Source: Antedon mediterranea (lineage: Eukaryota > Animalia > Echinodermata). Taken from it: a stretch of 64,000 nucleotides of DNA. The stretch lies in NCBI RefSeq assembly GCF_964355755.1, contig NC_092673.1, positions 15,534,948 through 15,598,947 of the forward strand, in the 5' to 3' direction. Shown here piece after piece: positions 39,001 through 52,577 of this stretch. The notes beneath the pieces are model-generated. The model was not told the origin of the DNA. It did no database searches and saw only the letters and a list, made by a program, of their open reading frames with translations. Within the stretch, counting starts at the first letter, position 1. Each line of letters opens with the position of its first letter. The position numbers and the translations under genes were made by a program.

Positions 39001-39205
39001 ATTATATTAATATTTTATTATAATCGTATTATTAAATGTTTCCTATTCCTTATCATTGTGTTTTACTGTATCAAACACAGTGCTAATGTCTATGTAAACA
39101 TCATTTATCATAGTTATATATTTCCTATCCTTTATCATTCTGTGTTTAACTGTAACCAAATTGGTTAAAGTAAAACACAGTGCTAAATTGCATGTAAATA
39201 TAATT
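36078..39205. mobile_element. Foldback-like element with long modular inverted arms
   Basis: 36078-36400 is the reverse complement of ~38715-39068, and ~36650-36850 of ~38520-38705; repeated AACCAAATTGGTT / AAAACACAGTGATAAAGAATAG modules. Confidence 0.75.
36945..37170 (+). mobile_element. Small CR1/L2-group LINE fragment
   Basis: HVNKLCSKLS...LLYKIIILSHIDYCCSVWG...RIQTMQNRAFR. Confidence 0.7.
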
Positions 39206-39207
39206 AT

Positions 39208-39520
39208 TTACCTCCGCCAGGGAGGTATATGTAGTCAATCTCGTTTGTCTGTTTGTTTGTTAGCAGGAATACTCAAAAAGTAATTATAAGATCTTTACCA
39301 AAATGAAAATACAAATAGATATGTGGTCAACGGACCACTCCGTTAAATTTTGGAGGCAATCCGGATCACGGTCCTAATTCTGGACCACTTTTTAGTATAA
39401 TTTTCAGACCTGCTAGTGTTAAAAAATAGGACAGCATTTTCAAAAGCCGGCGATCAGTTTTAAATATAAACTGAAATTGCATTTTCTCGAGAAATACTTG
39501 TCCAAAAAACTTTGTTTTAG
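39208..39520 (+). mobile_element. Helentron/HINE-like non-autonomous element fragment
   Basis: TTACCTCCGCCAGGGAGGTA terminal hairpin followed by GTTTGTCTGTTTGTTTGTTAGCAGGA; layout typical of this widespread family. Family and right boundary are uncertain. Confidence 0.5.
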
Positions 39521-39687
39521 TGTGTGATTAGGCTAATTTCACTACAAGCATGTGTATGCTAGTTTGCTGTAATGGTTATGTAACCAGCCTTTTAACTAAG
39601 AATAGTTTCAATGGACTAACAATAGAACAGCAACTCCAAAAACAAACAGGTTAATTGAAAAAGCTTGTTAACCTATCAACAAACCCT

Positions 39688-39915
39688 AGGCCCGTTGCCA
39701 CCCAGCACATTGCCACCCAAACTTTTGCCACCCGGTCTGTTGACACCCGGCATTTGCCACCTGGCCATAAGCCACCCGGTCTCTTGCCACCCGACCTGTT
39801 GGCACCCAGCCTGTTGCCACCCGGTCTCTTGCCACCCGGCCATTTGCCACCCGGCCTGTTGCCACCCAGTCTGTTGCCAACCAGCCTGTTGCCACCCAGT
39901 CTGTTGCCACCAGCC
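39688..39915 (+). repeat. 18-bp tandem repeat (TTGCCACCCGGCCTG-type, ~12 units), probably a solo transposon arm
   Basis: TTGCCACC recurs at 18-bp period; no inverted partner found in this window. Confidence 0.85.
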
Positions 39916-40423
39916 TGGGACAGGTTGTATGTAAATGAGGAAGTAATTAGCATGATAAAACAACAAGGAACTTATGTAACAAACAATAATAATATGGCAA
40001 GCGTGATGCCTAAGTAATAGATTTGTTTGTTAATAATTACCACGTTATTGTACACAACTCTACCAGCTAAAGTTGTTCAACTTTAATAAGTGATTCGTAA
40101 TTAATAAGCCTACATACTTTCAGGAAATTGTTCGCATTAGGTCTATCTTTCATCCTTCGTCAGTAGTATAATCTGATAAAATAAGGCAGGTAACAAAGGT
40201 GCCGGTGACATTAACACTACAAAGTTACATAAGATACAGTTCAAATCCATCGTACTGGTAATATTGTACATTTTATGTTTTATTTGTTAGATTCGTTAAA
40301 AGCATGAATTCAAGTAATGTTCCTAAGTATGAAATACAACATTATTAGTAACAAATGTATATTTAATTAGCACAGGGTTTTTGGGTCTCAGTTTTCATCA
40401 AGGGTATGTTCTTTTTTAGTACC

Positions 40424-41760
40424 ATGGCTCATTGGACTAAAGAACATATACTGGCGCATTTATCAACTCTAAAAGATAGAAATACACAAGAAAAACTAGA
40501 ACAATTTTTTGACGATTTGGCACCAAACTATGATAAAGTGAGTTGTTTGATATAAGCTAAAACCATATTAAATGTGTTATTTCTAATTGTTTTCATTGAC
40601 AGTGTAAAGTTAGAAAGTATACTGAGTTTCTATAAGTTTATAGATCTGGCTATAATACACCATTATCACCCACAGAGTCTCAATACCAAATGTTTTATTT
40701 GTCATGTGAAGGAGTAATCTGTTATGAAAAATATTAACTGAAAATAATGACGTTTACGAAAATCTCAAATTTAAAGTAAATTTAATCTGAATAGATGGCA
40801 GTAACCTCTGGATATGTTGGTCCTTCTGTCACTTCAACATTGCTTCAGAAATATGTTACTTCTAAAGAAGCGTGGATAATGGATATTGCATCAGGAACTG
40901 GTCTTGTGGGAGAGTGTGTAAGTATGTTTGTTGTACTGCAATGCGAGGAAGGAGAGACGGGTTTTCCATTAATTTCTCTTATAATCTTTTAAATAGAAAA
41001 ACGTATCTTCTGACTTTGTCTTTATCAGCTGGCTAATTCTGGTTACACTAACATTGATGCAGTTGATGGCAGTGCATCAAGTATAGAGGAAGCTCTTAAA
41101 AAGAACGTCTACACAAATCTATATGTTCAATGGCTTGGAGGTGACAACAAACTAAATATTGAGAATGGTAAATACCAGGTTACTAATAGAATAAAAAATA
41201 AGCCGAAGAATTCATTGAGCTTTAAAAAATACTAAATTAACATTTTGAATTTTGTTTTTTGAAATAAAATAAATTGGTTTTGCATACCTTAATATTTCAG
41301 ACACATATGATGCTATTGTGTGCACCGGTGCCTTTGCTGCTAATCAACTAAAATCAGACGTATTTCCAGATTTTATTCGAATTACTAAACCAGGTATACG
41401 TCACTGACTTAAGTATAGCTTCTGATTAAATAAGTACAAACTCTTTGTGAAATATACATTTTTATTATTATTAAAGTTCACTGTGTCATATTGACTTATG
41501 AATATTTATTAGTTATATTATTTTCTACTGGTGATTAGAATACTAATCTTTATTATGTATTAAATAAATCAGGAGGATATATTTTGATAAACATGCGAAC
41601 ACAGTGGTTGGAGCTTGAGGCAAGCTACGCTGAGGGAAAGTTAGAAGGGGACATGGTAAAACTAGAAAATGACGGGAAATGGAAACTGGTTGAGAAACAC
41701 AATTATGATGGAGATGAAAGTGCTTTGAACTTGGTAACATTCATTCACAAAGTTTGCTGA
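40424..41760 (+). CDS. METTL27: METTL27 (WBSCR27)-like class I SAM-dependent methyltransferase, 5 coding exons, 218 aa
   Basis: Exons 40424-40537, 40795-40917, 41029-41167, 41301-41393 and 41573-41760; all introns GT-AG and in phase (657 nt). Motifs FDDLAPNYDK, IMDIASGTGLVG, IDAVDGS, TYDAIVCTGAF, RITKPGGYILI. Likely one member of an expanded family, so orthology is uncertain. Confidence 0.85.
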
Positions 41761-42089
41761 ATATCCTCGTTTTGTTTAATTAACAAATCTATGATTTTTA
41801 ACTGATACAATATTAAAGTATTTTTTCCAGATAGTTATAATATTGAAATAGTGCAACTGTTTAAGTTAGACGTAATTCAATCAATTATTATTACAATAGA
41901 AATTTAGAAATTACAATTAAGTATTAAAACATTTAATATGATTGAGTTGAGATATTAGGTAGGCATATTGATGATTAAAATGAATGTGGTTAAATGATTT
42001 ACCTCGGTAGCTTTCTAGTTTTCACACTTTCTTTTGTTGTTGCTTAAATCGTTTTTCATAAAAACCGTATGTTATATTTGACATTTGGA

Positions 42090-43170
42090 TCCAATTTCTT
42101 TCGAGAGGGGTTGGTGAATTTTGTCAAAAAGGGACAATTTCTGTGCAGAATGTGGAAGTTTTGGGAATATTTGCTGAAGTTGCCTCATGTATTGCATCTA
42201 TAAAAAAAAACTCCATGCTGTGTTTACATCTTTATCCTTCATTTCAGTCCAGTTGACTTCCTTTAAATCATTTCTTAAATTGTGATAGTTTCCATTACAA
42301 AAGTTAAATCTACTTGGTTGATAATCATCAATCTTACAATAACAGTTTAAATAAAATTCAAGAATTACATGATCACTTTTTTAAAGTGGGCTGTATTCAT
42401 ATACTTCATCAATTAGTAGTTCATCGTTTACAATGATTAAATCTAACAGACTTGGTCTATTACCATCTCTATATCTTGTATTTCGGTTAGATACTTTGTA
42501 AAGGAAGTTGTCCTGAAGACAATCAACAAGCTTGCTACTACCATGATTCCCACTAGCTCTCGAAATCCACGATGTCCAGTCTATCCCTCTATAATTGAAA
42601 TCACCAGTTATCCAAAGATAATGGTACTTCCTTCCACAGGCTGTTGATATCAAATCTAACAATGCATCATTATTCTCTTTGGAAGAGTTTGGACTTCTAT
42701 ATATGCATCCCACTAATATATTTTCTTCATTTTCAAGTCTGATCTCGCACAAGACACTTTCATTAAAGTTGTTTACTTGTGTGTCGAAGTTTACACTTGT
42801 TGCTTTTAGCGCCTTATTTGTATATATACAAACTCCTCTGCCCTGCTGGTCTGTTATAAACATGTCATACCCATTTAGCTGTTGTTGTTTTTAGGACTGT
42901 TGTATCGATATCACTACTTCGTCGCTTATGAAATACTTCTGTAATTGCTAGAAAATCCGGTGCATCAGTTTTGCCGCTTAAGTAGCTCTCTAGTTCTGCT
43001 TTTTTGTTGATTACACCATCTACATTTGTATACACACAATATAGTTTCTTTTTACTATTGAGGTCCTTTTTATTGGCTCGTAAGATATCTTCTGTATCAT
43101 TACTCCACTTGTATCATTGAAACTATTGTGGTCTTCCAATATAACATAATTTCTTGAATCAGAATCGGAA
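42090..43170 (-). mobile_element. CR1-type LINE endonuclease-region remnant
   Basis: GRGVCIY, GCIYRSPNS, ITGDFNY, PSLLDLI motifs; stops and frameshifts. Confidence 0.85.
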
Positions 43171-43187
43171 CATAAATAGTTATTTTC

Positions 43188-44135
43188 TTTATTATTATTA
43201 TTATTTTTATTATTATTTATTGCCAAAAACCAGTTACAAACAAACAAAAACACAGAAACTAAGGGAACCTAAAAGTGAACCTAATCACTATAACAAGAGT
43301 TCAGGTTCCGTACTCCCAAAGTAACAACAATGATATAAAATAAACTATATAAAAATATTTAAATAACAAATAGACGAGTCAACAAAGTCAATATAAAACA
43401 TGTGATTTAAGTGAATTTAAAAATGTTGGAAAACTGTCTAAAATTAAAGAATTTTTAATCATTTCCGGTAATTCTTCCCACAACCTAGGGAATATATTAA
43501 TAGCGGAATGACAATTGGTTCGAGCATAGTGATGAATGAACTTAAGTGTATCAAGGTGACGGCCATTAACAACTATAGATTGACGAACACTACTACAATC
43601 AACCGTTCCAATAAGTGATTAACAAACAAAGGATAACAGAAGATAATTTCTTCGATTAGATAGTGTAGGCCAATTTAGCTTAGTGAGACGTTCCTCGTAT
43701 TCCATTACACCTCTTGTTTGTTTAAAGACAAGCCTAGTAGCCCTTCGCTGGACTGCCTCGATACGTTCTGTAAGTTTTTTGGTTCGAAGCAACCACGCTG
43801 GGACACCATATTCAAGGATGGGGACAATGAGAGCTTTATAGAGTGAGAAAATAGCTGAAGGGGATGATCCTCCTGCAATACTAGTAATAAAACCCAACAT
43901 TCGATTTGAACGAGAAATAATTAAGTTTACATGGTCATCCCAAGTAAGTTTAATCACTATTAATCGTGACCCCCAGATGACAATGACTAGATACGGATTT
44001 AATAGGCAAGTCATTTATACGATAAACAGGTCTATACTCTTTCCTTGATCTTGTAATGTGGAGAACCTTGGTTTTATTTAAGTTAAGCTCCATTTCATTT
44101 AGATCACACCAAGAGGAAAGCCTGATCAGATCGCA
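43188..44135 (-). mobile_element. LINE 3' remnant related to the 23.5-26.3 kb element
   Basis: SRSNRMLGFITSIAGGSSPSAIFSLYKALIVPILEYGVPAW aligns with SKANRMLGFIFSVAGNCSPDAISCLYKTLVLPILEYGLPAW; (AAT)n tail at ~43188-43220. Confidence 0.85.
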
Positions 44136-44159
44136 CTAGGTTTGAATAATGAAACTCTC

Positions 44160-44270
44160 TTATGGTGCTCTTTTAACCATCATCACTGTCTTCTTAAAAC
44201 TGGCGCGATTATTATGGAAATCATACCAGATGATGCCTGTCAAATCATATGTACCTGGTGTAAAGTAACG
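44160..44270 (-). pseudogene. 3' part of the last exon of a fibrinogen-domain paralog (fragment)
   Basis: YFTPGTYDLTGIIWYDFHNNRASFKKTVMMVKRAP* aligns with YLTPGTKDSSGITWLRFHNNNNHYSLKKTVMMIKRTP* at 52578; homology stops at ~44270. Confidence 0.8.
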
Positions 44271-45499
44271 CACGAATAACACTTTGCTCACAGTGTGCGC
44301 CGGACAATTCGTGAGGAATCGGCCATGAGGAAAATATCTATCGTGTTTAATATTTTTTGTCACACGTGTCATTTTCCTCAAGTGTGCGCCGAATGTAAGC
44401 TAATAGCTCATTAAAAATTTCCACTGCGCATAGCATGTTCTAATTTATTATATTATTATTATTTATTATGCTCGGAATGAATTTCTGACTGGATATTGCT
44501 TGTGTGCGTCATGAGAAGTCGTGAAAGGCCACTACACACTGTGTTCGTGACAAACCCCGTCACATAGGTCATTGATTTGTCCATAATTATTGCATTTTTT
44601 CCGGAGAATCCCATCATTTAAGTATTTCCGTAGTACCCTACTTATCTTCATTTTATGTCCGTAATATTCGGCCAAATTTGTACATTTCGATCATAGTCAT
44701 AGTATTGCTGTTTGGTAGCCCGATATAGAGTGTCATTTCCGGCGAAATAATAGGTGCCATTTATCGTGAATTTTACGTGCAAAGGTACGAATTCCGGCCA
44801 TCTGGGGGTGTCATTTAATAAAATTCGCTTCGCCAAAAACTCGTTATCTACGGTCCTGGACTCGTGGGCAATCCCCTTAAAATAGTTCTGCGACCGCCCC
44901 TGGGTAAATACTCACGGTAGTAACCTGGTACGTACGGCGCGCTGAATATCCGGTGATTCAGCTCGAAGAGAAGACGAATTATTATTTATTCGGCCTACCT
45001 GATAATTATTATTATTAATGTAGGCTTATTGATGGAAATTCTTCTGTTAATTTAAACGACCAAGGCCTAAGTGAATATTTTATTGCCAAGGAACCATATT
45101 AGTAATTATCTGTATATCTGTATAAGGTAAGGTGTCTAGGCAGGCTTATTTACATACAATACAAAAAAGGAGGCCTAGCCTAGCTACCCGACCCAGCAGA
45201 TATTATACTTAATGATATTTTATTCGAGGGAAATATATTCCATCGAACAAAATATCATTCCCTGGGGATGTCAAAAGCGACCATCCTCATTAGCAACCAC
45301 CTCTCTTAAGGGACCGCTTCTCATAAACAAACACCTCGTAACGACCACCTCTCTTAAACGACCATTAATTAGTAATTATCTGCGTACTGAAGGCGTTTAG
45401 TATGCGTTCGATAGAACGCGATCACAGTTTGCCGCAATTTTTTTGTGTGAGCAAAGTATTTTTCGTGCCAGTTGGCTCAGCCAATAGCTACAGTAACAA

Positions 45500-46070
45500 T
45501 GTGTGCCTGGCTTAATCGGTACTCTTAGTCTACGTCCGGTTTGATTAAGCATGAACGAGGGCCTGAGTGGGTGGGTATCGTTCTATTATTGCCTTTTTTA
45601 ACCAAACGATCTTCATACAATTTGGAGATGGTAGTCAAATCGTTGTTGTTACTAATGCGTTTATTGGCCTTATTGACTACACGCTTGTATTTCTTTTTAT
45701 TGTAATCAAAAGTGTTCCCATAGTAACAGATTATGAACACTTTCTATAACAGCTTTAAACAGTATTTTACTAGGCCTATCCATATTAAAAGATTTAAGTT
45801 TCCTTAAAAAGTGCAGATGTTGGTTAGCTTTCTTTACGGTTACCACAGCTTGCTCAACTCAAGTGAGTTTCTTGTCAATTATGTATGGTTCCTTAATATT
45901 TGTATTTGTTCACTCATTCAACAACTTCACCATATAAATAAGGAGAGGTTCAATTCGAGGTTATTTCTTTAGTCTTCGTAATGTTGAGCTCTAAAAATTA
46001 TCTCTATATCTGACATAAAACCTGTTATAACAGTGTCGTCAGCATAATTTATAAAATTAGCAATACCAAT
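45500..46070 (-). mobile_element. Degenerate LINE RT remnant (Rex/Babar- or L2-like)
   Basis: Minus-strand FINYADDTVITG at ~46020-46056, ELNITKTKE, and FIICYYGN...RVVNKANK...LYEDRLVKK. Confidence 0.65.
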
Positions 46071-47814
46071 ATGGCTTTGATGAAATCATGATAAATGTAA
46101 ATCTACCCATATTTGCCTGTATAAAGTTATATACAGGCATATATAAAGTTTGTGTTTGTGCCAACCCAAGGCTGACTTCCTACTCAGATGTATTTTCTTG
46201 TATGTCAAGATGAATAGATACAGGCCTACACATTTTCATTGTAATTATTTATCTATTTTTAAACTATTCAAAACAAGAGAAATTATTCTAAACATCAATA
46301 ATGACAGCACAATCTACTATGAAAAATAAACAGGTGCAGTAACTGTAGATACTGTTGAAACAGTAAAATTAGTATAATAATTAATGATTTAATAATATTA
46401 TAACTTGGCTGAGAAGCTATGTTACAAAAAAATGTGATGTGCGTGCCTATATATGAATATGATGTCACTACCATATTTTGGAATATCACTACCATTAAAC
46501 AAATCATACGTAGGCCTATTGTATGTAGGATAAATAATATTTTATTCAAATTCAGATTCATTTTGGTAAAACATTTATAAAACATATATATAATATTATA
46601 TATAATTTGTTTTCTAGAAACAAAAACTTTACATCAAATTCTAGTTTTCATTATTAATTCAAAATAAACATAACAATATAATTGCCAAATAGGATTGTTG
46701 ACCACATTACATTTTGGAAATAATTAAATATTTTGCAAAGTCAAATTAATAAAGTTAACACCATTGTGATGGTGATTTGATTTTTTTATTTTACACAAAC
46801 AAAATATTATACACCTTCTTCAGTTTACTGTATACAAACAGTTTTTAGGTGATCATTTAGAATAAAATGATCACATTTTGTTTGTTTTCCTTTTTTTTTC
46901 TGTACAGATGTTTGTGTACCAATTATCTCAAAATTTATCTCAATGATTTTCAAATTGATACAATATCTGTATCAATACAATTTAGCCATGATGAGCTTGT
47001 CAGCGTGATCACTCTAATGAGACGTCCTCGGGCTGCCATTTTGTGAATTCACCATATATTTTCATAACTGCCTTTCAGATCAATTAAATTCACTACACAT
47101 AAACTTCAGGTCAAGGGTCAACATATAAGCACAAAAACGTAAGCGTACGTAAATTAGAGCATCATTCATTTTAAGAGTTTCAAAATTGTTCAATGTATTC
47201 ACGTCACGCGCCCATAGTGCGTCTATAGCATGTGAGTAACGCAAAAACTTCATTTTTACAGTCAATATTTGTTCTTCATACCCTACATAAAAAATTGCTT
47301 TCATTTCCATGAACACTAAATGTCAAATAACGACACACGTGCATGTGTAAATTAAATAATCATGTGCTCTCCAATGTGAAATTTAATACAAATTTGTGTC
47401 ATAACACCGTATATTTGGATATCTCCCAGTTCTTCAGAATTAAAGGTGACCTAGATGTTTATAACTTATTATGAAAGCTGCTGAAATGTAGATATGAATT
47501 CATATACAAACTGTGCCTGTCGGATGTTGTGATGTTATTAGGTTGAAGTTAAAAAGTAATGTTTTCATTTCTTTCATCAGGCATCACATGTGATATGAAT
47601 CAGATGCGGTATTACCAATTTGCTTTGATACTTTGGAAATATATAGTATGTAGAGATACAGCACTGTGAATCGAGTGCGCAGAAACTAAATAATAAACCC
47701 TGGGCATCATAATTCAATGGTTATCTAATAAACCTCACAAACATAACTCATTATCCTATAGCACCACGACACAACATGCTCACAACCAATCACATTATAA
47801 ACTTATTTATTTAT

Positions 47815-48074
47815 ATACAGGTAATGTTGTTTTCAACTGATGTTTCTTCCAATATTTGTTTACTGATTTGACAAACACGATCTTTCTGGTTATAGTTGAC
47901 CGACAAGCAATATGATTTATCGGAACATTCCAGCAAACAATTTACACGGCTTATATTCTTCAACTCATAACTTCAACCCTCAAGAGCCTGGCCTTGGATA
48001 ACTGTATAAAATGAATTGGTCAAAAAAACACTGACGACAAAGAGCAGAAGAAAGACAACCAAAATAGTATGCAT
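47815..48074 (-). pseudogene. Disabled exon 1 (signal peptide + PAN/apple domain) of a fibrinogen-domain paralog
   Basis: Homologous to 59110-58822 (NCLLECS...CLSVNYNQKDRVCQI) but with a TGG>TGA stop (EG*SY) and an indel after the signal peptide; upstream non-coding sequence ~48200-48380 also resembles ~59250-59430. Confidence 0.85.
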
Positions 48075-50446
48075 TGCGACGTTTTAGAAATGTGTTTGTG
48101 TACAGTTTTGGCAATCTACAATCGCCTTCCAACTCGACAAATACCTGTATGAGTTTCTATACTGGTATTTTTTATACTGGTATGAACCATTGTAGATGTT
48201 CCATCATCCAATGACTTCAATAGACACCTCAGTGCACCAATCAATACGATGATAGTAATATATGATTTACATAATAATGTATGAACAAAAATTAAGCATA
48301 CAAAAGATGCATTCATTGCATTTAAAAAAAATAAATTTAGTGATATCGGGTTTCACGTGTCTTGGTAGGCTTCAACTTCATCGTTATGAGTTCTCACAAT
48401 CATCATGTAGATTATTACGGAAATAATTCAGCAACAATGTCGTGTGAATGAAATATTGTCCCTGTAGTGAAGTATACTTGTTTATACATTCTTCTCTTTT
48501 TTTAAAAAAGTTATTGGGAATAATGTATGTTTATGTGGTTATTACTTAATGTAGATCGCATTTAGGTATCGATAATAATAATAATATGGCTTTTGAATAT
48601 TTAATTACTGTCTGTGTCACACGAGATGACTCATTTATTAGATGAAATCAAGCAGCAGTTATAGTACTACTCTTTGACATTTTTGCTATGGAAACTCGAC
48701 TATAATTTATAGGTACCAGCTGCATTTCTGGTATTTATGAGTCCCATAACAATACTGTATTTCGCTGTCAGATAATCATTGAATTATTATCAAAACAGTC
48801 CATGAAAGCTTTTGTTTGTAATATGATACTTCACACTTGAAGTATCTAAGGTGTGATGAAGTGACCCCCAGACTTGACCTTAGCAATAAAATAAACTAAA
48901 TTGTTAGTCTGTTTCATATCAAAGTTATTCACTTCTGTTAACAAAATTCACATTATAAAAAGAGAAAAGAAACGTTTAATTATAACTAAAAAAACACATT
49001 GTCTTACAGACAATTGAAGTATTTTTTGCTTTTAATTTTATTTTTTCAGGTAAAATAACTATTATGTGACAATAAAATGACACATTCAAAAACAAATTTG
49101 AAATAAAAAATATTTTTTAAAGGAACAATATATCTTTAAAACTGTTACGTCAATAAGCGAGCAGCGTTTTTTGTAAGAAATATTTCTTGTTTAAAGTACT
49201 GTATAATGTATTTAATTTACCGTTTAATGTGTACCTCTACTGTAATAAAATCACAGCCATGCTTTAAAGCTAACAAATAATGTACAATTAAAACAATAAT
49301 GAAAATATTAACAATCATTTATTAACAAAACGATTTTTACAGAATGATCCACAAAGATATTCGGGACTTATCCATGTTGAACACCCTTTAATGACCTAAT
49401 ATATGAACGTTATACATTATATTTGTTGTCGTTCTCCAGCTCTGTAATTTTGATTCCATTTGTTATTGTTAAACAATATTTACAGTTACATTTTCTGCGG
49501 TTACATCGTTATTGTACAAATCTAATAATTTATTTTCAAAGAAAAATAAAGGAATTATCATGTCATGTAGGCCTATAATAAAAATAATAATCAAACACCT
49601 TCTGAAAATGATTAATACGGCGCTTTATTAAAAGTGTTCATTGTATCAATAACTCAATATAATATCATTGTTGAATATGTATTATAGTTATGTATTCTGA
49701 GATCGTACAAGGTCGCAAAATATAATACTGTATTTGAGTGTTTTATGCGGTGGAAAGTACTGCAATTGTGTAATTCTAATCAAAATTAACTTAATTATTG
49801 AAAAACATACCTTTTGCATAGAATAATAGCATTTGTAAATTTAGTGTCTTTGAGTAAATAAATTTGATGGTATCGCAATAATTCATTTTTCATAATTATT
49901 TTGTTTGTATGCATCATTAAAACACACTTTTTAAAATAAATACTATAGATATTACTAACTTTTTATATTTTACTGCACAGTAAATAATAAATAATACAAT
50001 TCATGTTTGAAGACCAAAAAAAAGTTTTAGACATATTTGCGATAATTTGTAGAAGGTTTCACTTTTTGTCAACGAAATAACCCATACAAATTCACCAGTA
50101 CAACTAGGTAATCCAGGTCTTTCTTTCTTCTGTTTGATTTTACTGCATGCAATTTCATGGCATAGATGGATTTGAGGATTAATAAATGGGGAAGGTGGGC
50201 TTAAAAATTGTGAAATTAAAGGATTAACTTAACAATACTATACTTTTGCATTGTAGAAGGGGGGGGGGGGCGGCCAGACGGACGAGGAACAATTTAAAAG
50301 AAGAAAATGTCAGTTGAACTCTGGACGAATGCAATATTTGGTGGTGGGAAGTGCAAACGAGTCTCCACAACATCAAGCACACTTCATGGTTGGAGCTGAG
50401 GTATGAAAATTATGAAAATATAAACCTAGAATTGCTCCCTACAAAC

Positions 50447-51491
50447 GGGTGTCACGAAACCTAAGACCACAAAAGCTAAGACCCCCTAAGACCTAAGATC
50501 ACGAAAGCTAAGACCCAACACTAAGATTACAAATATTTATCTTTCGCACCTGCCTTGTATTTTAACTCCAAACATTTATTCTGAATACCACACCTTAGAA
50601 TTGGCACTTTCATGAAAAAGAATCACATAAAAAGTAACAAATACATTTTTAAATTGATGATTTTACAGACGTTTTTCTCGCACACAAAATGACTAGCCTA
50701 CAGTACAGTAGGCCTACCCCATGTTCAAAAGAGCAAACATTATATAGAGGGCTGAAAACTCTGTGGAGTCCATCTACAGTGTGGATGGAACAATGTAAAA
50801 TTAAAATTGTAATGATAATAGTATAATCATGCAAGTACGAAGAAATAAATACTGGCAAATAAATTTTAATTTAAAAATCATGATAAGTTTTTTTGTTTTG
50901 TTTTCTTTCTGTTTTTATACTTGTACTATTATTGTTGCTCTTTTGGCGCTCCATAGAAACAAAAACATTGAGCATGGAGCTCGAGGAGTTACATTACAGT
51001 ATACAAAAAAACACATCTGTAAAATCATCAATTTAAAGGATTTATTTATTTGTTATTATGTGTTTCTCCTTCTGAAAGTACTTATAAGTCCTAATTTTAA
51101 AGTGTGGTGTTCAGGATAAAGTTAGTCAACAAATTTGGAGTCAAAAAACAAGAAAGGCAGGTGCGTAAGAAAAACATCCTCTGAACCAACACAATGGAGT
51201 AAATATATACCAACAAACAACCCGTCAAGTTTGTTTGTTGTAAAGAAAAAATATACATTTACTCAACGGGCGAAAATAATGTGAGTTTATCTATGTTTTG
51301 CGGTAGTATTAAATTATATTTATGGTAATAAATGAAACCTACTGTGTTTAAAATTATGTATGGATAAACAAGTATTGTTTTTAAGCTGTAGTATATCTTA
51401 GTATTTGTAATCTTAGGTGTTGGGTCTTAGCTTTCGTGATCTTAGGTCTTAGGGGGTCTGAGCTTTGGTGTTCTTAGGTTTCGTGACACCC
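50447..51491. mobile_element. Mutator-like MITE with ~90-bp TIRs, 10-bp TSD and an internal palindrome
   Basis: GGGTGTCACGAAACCTAAGA... / ...TCTTAGGTTTCGTGACACCC; CCCTACAAAC at 50437-50446 and 51492-51501; TIRs built of CTAAGA sub-repeats. Confidence 0.88.
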
Positions 51492-51644
51492 CCCTACAAA
51501 CGTATGGATACTATACAAATTGCAGAAAACAATTCAGTTTACTTTAGCTGGTCGCGTTTTCTGTCCCTTTTAAAATAACAAACTGATGGTCTATCGAAAA
51601 TCTTGTACATATTTGTAAACACTGCGCAAGATCCTTCTGCAACA

Positions 51645-51885
51645 TAAAAGGGACCGCCTTTTATAATCGACCACCTCTCGTAAGTGACCAGCTCCTCTTG
51701 TAAGGGACCGCTTCTCATAATCAACCACCTCTGGTAAGTGGCAACCACCATATATGGTCTATTACGAGAGGTGGTGGTCCTTTGGAAGAGGTGGTCGCTT
51801 ACGAGTTGGTTGGTCATGAAAATCTTTCCCTAATGAGAAGATATGGTCGCTTACGGGAAGTGGTCCTTTAAAAGAGGTGGTCACT
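51645..51885. repeat. Inverted cluster of GACCACCTCT repeats (MITE remnant); related half at 45275-45365
   Basis: CGACCACCTCTCGTAAG units followed by mirrored GAGGTGGTCGCTTACG units. Confidence 0.6.
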
Positions 51886-52577
51886 GATTTATGATTAAAT
51901 ATCAATTTTATTTTATTAAAAAAAAACGATAAATAAAACGATTAATAATAATAATGTTAATTTTATATATGTATGAGCATAACATTTTTATGTGATATAT
52001 TATTGTAAACACAGTTGATATAAACTTGAACGTATATTTTCCTCGTGTATAATCCCATCCCTACTTTATGTGTGATTTTACAAACAGGCATATCCCCGGG
52101 TATAATCCCAGTATTGACTATTGGCAACTTCAGATGAGTTTTTACAATAAATGCTTACCGGTTATTTTTTTTTTCATAAACCATTGTTTACCCGAGTATA
52201 GTCCTATCACCCAAAGTCGGCCCAACTTCGTGTTTTAGCGGGATGAAATTATAACAGAGGATATACGGTAATAATAAAAAATGTTCATTGTTAAAAGTAC
52301 TATAACAATTAAAATAATAGTACTGTAAATCAATACAATTAAATACATCACAGTTTTTTTGATGGGACAATAGTTTGTTATTCATTTTATAACATTTGGA
52401 TTAATTAACTACGGTAGCATTTATTATAATTTAATGATAAGGCCATAATGTATAATAGCTATAAGAAACAAAATAGGAATCTATCCTTATTCCTATTATT
52501 CATAAGTCAAATTATCTAATAATAATTATTACCTGTGCCATCATGTGAACCTGGTGTAAGGTTTGAATCATGAACAC

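Noticed and set aside
39651-40017. Pro/Gly/Cys-rich ORFs in several frames
   Set aside because: Artefacts of an 18-bp repeat; no splice or domain support.
44160-44381. 73-aa ORF as an intact gene
   Set aside because: Chimera of unrelated sequence and the fibrinogen pseudogene's C-terminus.
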